Made by a program: the position numbers and the translations under genes. The notes under the pieces are model-generated. The model saw nothing but the letters and a program-made list of their open reading frames with translations, ran no database searches and had not been told where the DNA came from. From Phoronis australis (Eukaryota; Animalia; Phoronida), in assembly GCA_002633005.1 (NCBI GenBank), contig NMRA01000073.1, forward strand, positions 1 to 64,000: a stretch of 64,000 bases of DNA, written 5' to 3'. Positions 63,701 through 64,000 of the stretch are shown one piece after another; position 1 is the stretch's first letter; every line of letters starts with the position of its first letter.

Positions 63701-63938
63701 TCCGTCGTAGAGCTAATGCAAGGGACAGCTCAGCACGTTCCCAACAGTCGATGGTGTCTGAGACATCCAGCCAGCAGGTTTCCAATCGAGCGTACCCTCC
63801 GTTCAACCCATTTGACCAACCAGGTCATCTCAGTGGTGGTATCAGTGGCACTGCATTCATGGACAATGCCAGCATGTCAAGTGTCATGTCTAGCATAAGA
63901 GACAAGCAAGAGGCTATAGCAAGGGCCACTAGTGAAAG
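39712..63938 (+). CDS. PCM1: Pericentriolar material 1 (centriolar satellite scaffold), 5' portion; continues beyond the window
   Basis: Phase-consistent GT-AG exon chain with recalled PCM1 motifs RTPHTFP, QIVGRLMQIRDY, LIEHLRDQEKGY, QHELLTKML..QLKALQERQA, KLQEVRNRLSQLRDLVQYY, AAKEKLKRLQELVAMVQ, ELWDKMR..LREELRQKK, TMATWGGST, CQSLLQDQQ, LNQCYSQL. Confidence 0.96.
40426..40570 (+). CDS. PCM1: PCM1 exon
   Basis: ttccag|..TGG|gtaatt; ITSTGGAG..DGRPNNW. Confidence 0.8.
41852..42079 (+). CDS. PCM1: PCM1 exon
   Basis: DFSDWKP..RTPHTFPRTKF..LENLRQQLLFSGDE|gtaagc. Confidence 0.9.
42497..42667 (+). CDS. PCM1: PCM1 exon
   Basis: tttcag|ATSTDG..VAEDG|gtaact. Confidence 0.85.
43005..43103 (+). CDS. 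PCM1: PCM1 exon
   Basis: PDSNQIVGRLMQIRDYLKQA..SPES|gtaagt. Confidence 0.92.
43847..43939 (+). CDS. PCM1: PCM1 alternative exon 6a (paralogue of 6b)
   Basis: ttttag|DGNQRLRDLMKVISNLRTQEHYYLNLLSRIA|gtcagt, phase 0-0, 93 nt. Confidence 0.7.
44032..44127 (+). CDS. PCM1: PCM1 exon 6b
   Basis: ttacag|PESREQMNKLTRLIEHLRDQEKGYMELLQKML|gtgggt, 96 nt. Confidence 0.9.
44349..44549. mobile_element. ~200-bp MITE-like element in a PCM1 intron
   Basis: TIR gtccatgggcca ... tggcccatggac. Confidence 0.6.
44848..44970 (+). CDS. PCM1: PCM1 exon
   Basis: ttgtag|AMRDE..SEATT|gtaagt. Confidence 0.88.
45458..45694 (+). CDS. PCM1: PCM1 exon
   Basis: ccaaag|DRSINIRTRPKIE..ATTNE|gttaga. Confidence 0.82.
46830..46904 (+). 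CDS. PCM1: PCM1 exon
   Basis: SEKNELQGLRTQHELLTKMLAQQKQ|gttagt. Confidence 0.9.
47493..47586 (+). CDS. PCM1: PCM1 exon
   Basis: LKALQERQAELLQLQRNAEQRL..|gtgagt. Confidence 0.9.
48169..48353 (+). CDS. PCM1: PCM1 exon
   Basis: AREAAESY..ELKDLRKRL..ADTQ|gtgagc. Confidence 0.88.
48716..49038. mobile_element. MITE-like element with ~55-bp imperfect TIRs
   Basis: aaccacttgcccggacttcaaaac..tggccggtg pairs with caccggcca..gttttgaagtctgggcaagtggtt. Confidence 0.7.
50309..50501 (+). CDS. PCM1: PCM1 exon
   Basis: ELKDKLRDLQTKKARMDDLLQELQSLR|gtaggt. Confidence 0.9.
50781..50919 (+). CDS. PCM1: PCM1 exon
   Basis: ctgtag|DLDGDKD..AKSKM|gtaagc. Confidence 0.88.
51129..51655 (+). mobile_element. HINE-family copy, short allele
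   Basis: atgcacccacatat 5' end, satellite monomers, ..gcattgctcttgtt 3' end. Confidence 0.75.
51979..52134 (+). CDS. PCM1: PCM1 exon (copy A)
   Basis: KLQEVRNRLSQLRDLVQYYQ.., 156 nt, phase 2-2. Confidence 0.85.
52537..54842 (+). mobile_element. HINE-family copy, long allele with an older diverged ~150-bp satellite array
   Basis: Repeated ..gccccctagtgg..aatttt and gaaatttgg monomers; 3' gtgagtgcat-agcaacgctctgcattgctcttgtt. Confidence 0.8.
54333..54509. mobile_element. 177-bp MITE nested in the HINE satellite
   Basis: TIR attgacctatcgc ... gcgataggtcaat. Confidence 0.7.
55203..55358 (+). CDS. PCM1: PCM1 exon (copy B, identical to A; probable haplotypic duplicate)
   Basis: Appears nucleotide-identical to 51979-52134. 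Confidence 0.75.
56277..56480 (+). CDS. PCM1: PCM1 exon
   Basis: EMQGKGS..DDPEIQEKV|gtgagt. Confidence 0.9.
56637..56751. repeat. Imperfect ~115-bp foldback element
   Basis: aggcaatagtcatatataa..tttgagaac pairs with gttctcaaa..ttatatctgactgttacct. Confidence 0.55.
57317..57526 (+). CDS. PCM1: PCM1 exon
   Basis: KLRAAKEKLKRLQELVAMVQ..|gtgagt. Confidence 0.92.
57856..57933. repeat. Tandem duplication, 2 x 40 bp
   Basis: ggtgtctcatactactaataaacatgtacattg at 57861 and 57901. Confidence 0.9.
58080..58203 (+). CDS. PCM1: PCM1 exon
   Basis: NIYYEMRMSQQQSELEDLMVERTKLLAIQ..FPV|gtaagg. Confidence 0.9.
59044..59143 (+). CDS. PCM1: PCM1 exon
   Basis: ttgcag|LRTPRQD..VTFDIPDD|gtgagt. Confidence 0.85.
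59168..59540 (+). repeat. Degenerate HINE-family copy
   Basis: ggcgtcccctagtggtgg, tgtcccctagtg, gaaatttggc, gtgccatctggtggccattttt. Confidence 0.65.
60372..60552 (+). CDS. PCM1: PCM1 exon
   Basis: NDELWDKMRSQRMLREELRQKKRELEAMM. Confidence 0.92.
61022..61146 (+). CDS. PCM1: PCM1 exon
   Basis: TTMATWGGSTTDNL..|gtaaat. Confidence 0.92.
61501..61698 (+). CDS. PCM1: PCM1 exon
   Basis: GYPDDGIVQVEEEEEEQDS..|gtgaga. Confidence 0.9.
61847..61938 (+). CDS. PCM1: PCM1 exon
   Basis: DPRSSP..SPRRQE|gtgagc. Confidence 0.85.
62148..62307 (+). CDS. PCM1: PCM1 exon
   Basis: NYRSAP..LRDQLERTTSLCQSLLQDQQAL..|gtaaga. Confidence 0.9.
62690..63356 (+). CDS. PCM1: PCM1 exon
   Basis: QLMFSLNQCYSQLYAQQ.. then a P/Q/M/Y-rich low-complexity region ..|gtggga. 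Confidence 0.9.
63711..63938 (+). CDS. PCM1: PCM1 exon (last in window)
   Basis: tcgtag|ANARDSS..MDNASMSSVMSS..|gtgagt. Confidence 0.85.
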
Positions 63939-64000
63939 GTGAGTAAGAACGCTTGTGTGTGGTCAGTGAGTGTGCCTGATATGGGCTTGTGTGTGGTCAG

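Overview
Eukaryotic (invertebrate animal-like, AT-rich, GT-AG spliced) scaffold window with two N-gaps; nothing prokaryotic. I assembled four genes by hand from splice sites and reading-frame phases. (1) The last two exons of an SLC16/MCT-like MFS transporter (+, 1687-2165). (2) An LRRC74-like leucine-rich-repeat protein with two canonical C-terminal EF-hands (+, about 14.9-28.5 kb; 5' end unresolved). (3) TRAPPC2/sedlin (-, CDS 34640-31876, 142 aa). (4) The 5' part of PCM1 (+, 39712 to beyond the window end, 25+ exons), head-to-head with TRAPPC2 and separated from it by a truncated Ty3/Gypsy element (LTR, tRNA-Ser PBS, gag). Introns and intergenic DNA hold LINE RT fragments, Helentron/HINE-like elements with internal ~150-bp/451-bp satellites, several MITE-like elements and small tandem repeats. 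Most notable: a pair of tandem homologous (probably mutually exclusive) PCM1 exons; co-oriented CTCF-consensus motifs arrayed about every 150 bp in the HINE satellite; a 69-bp perfect hairpin with a 9-bp TSD inside the LTR; a duplicated and disabled TRAPPC2 splice acceptor; and an in-frame spliced uORF upstream of TRAPPC2. Two near-identical blocks inside PCM1 look like uncollapsed haplotypes. All homology calls come from recalled family sequences, not from database searches.
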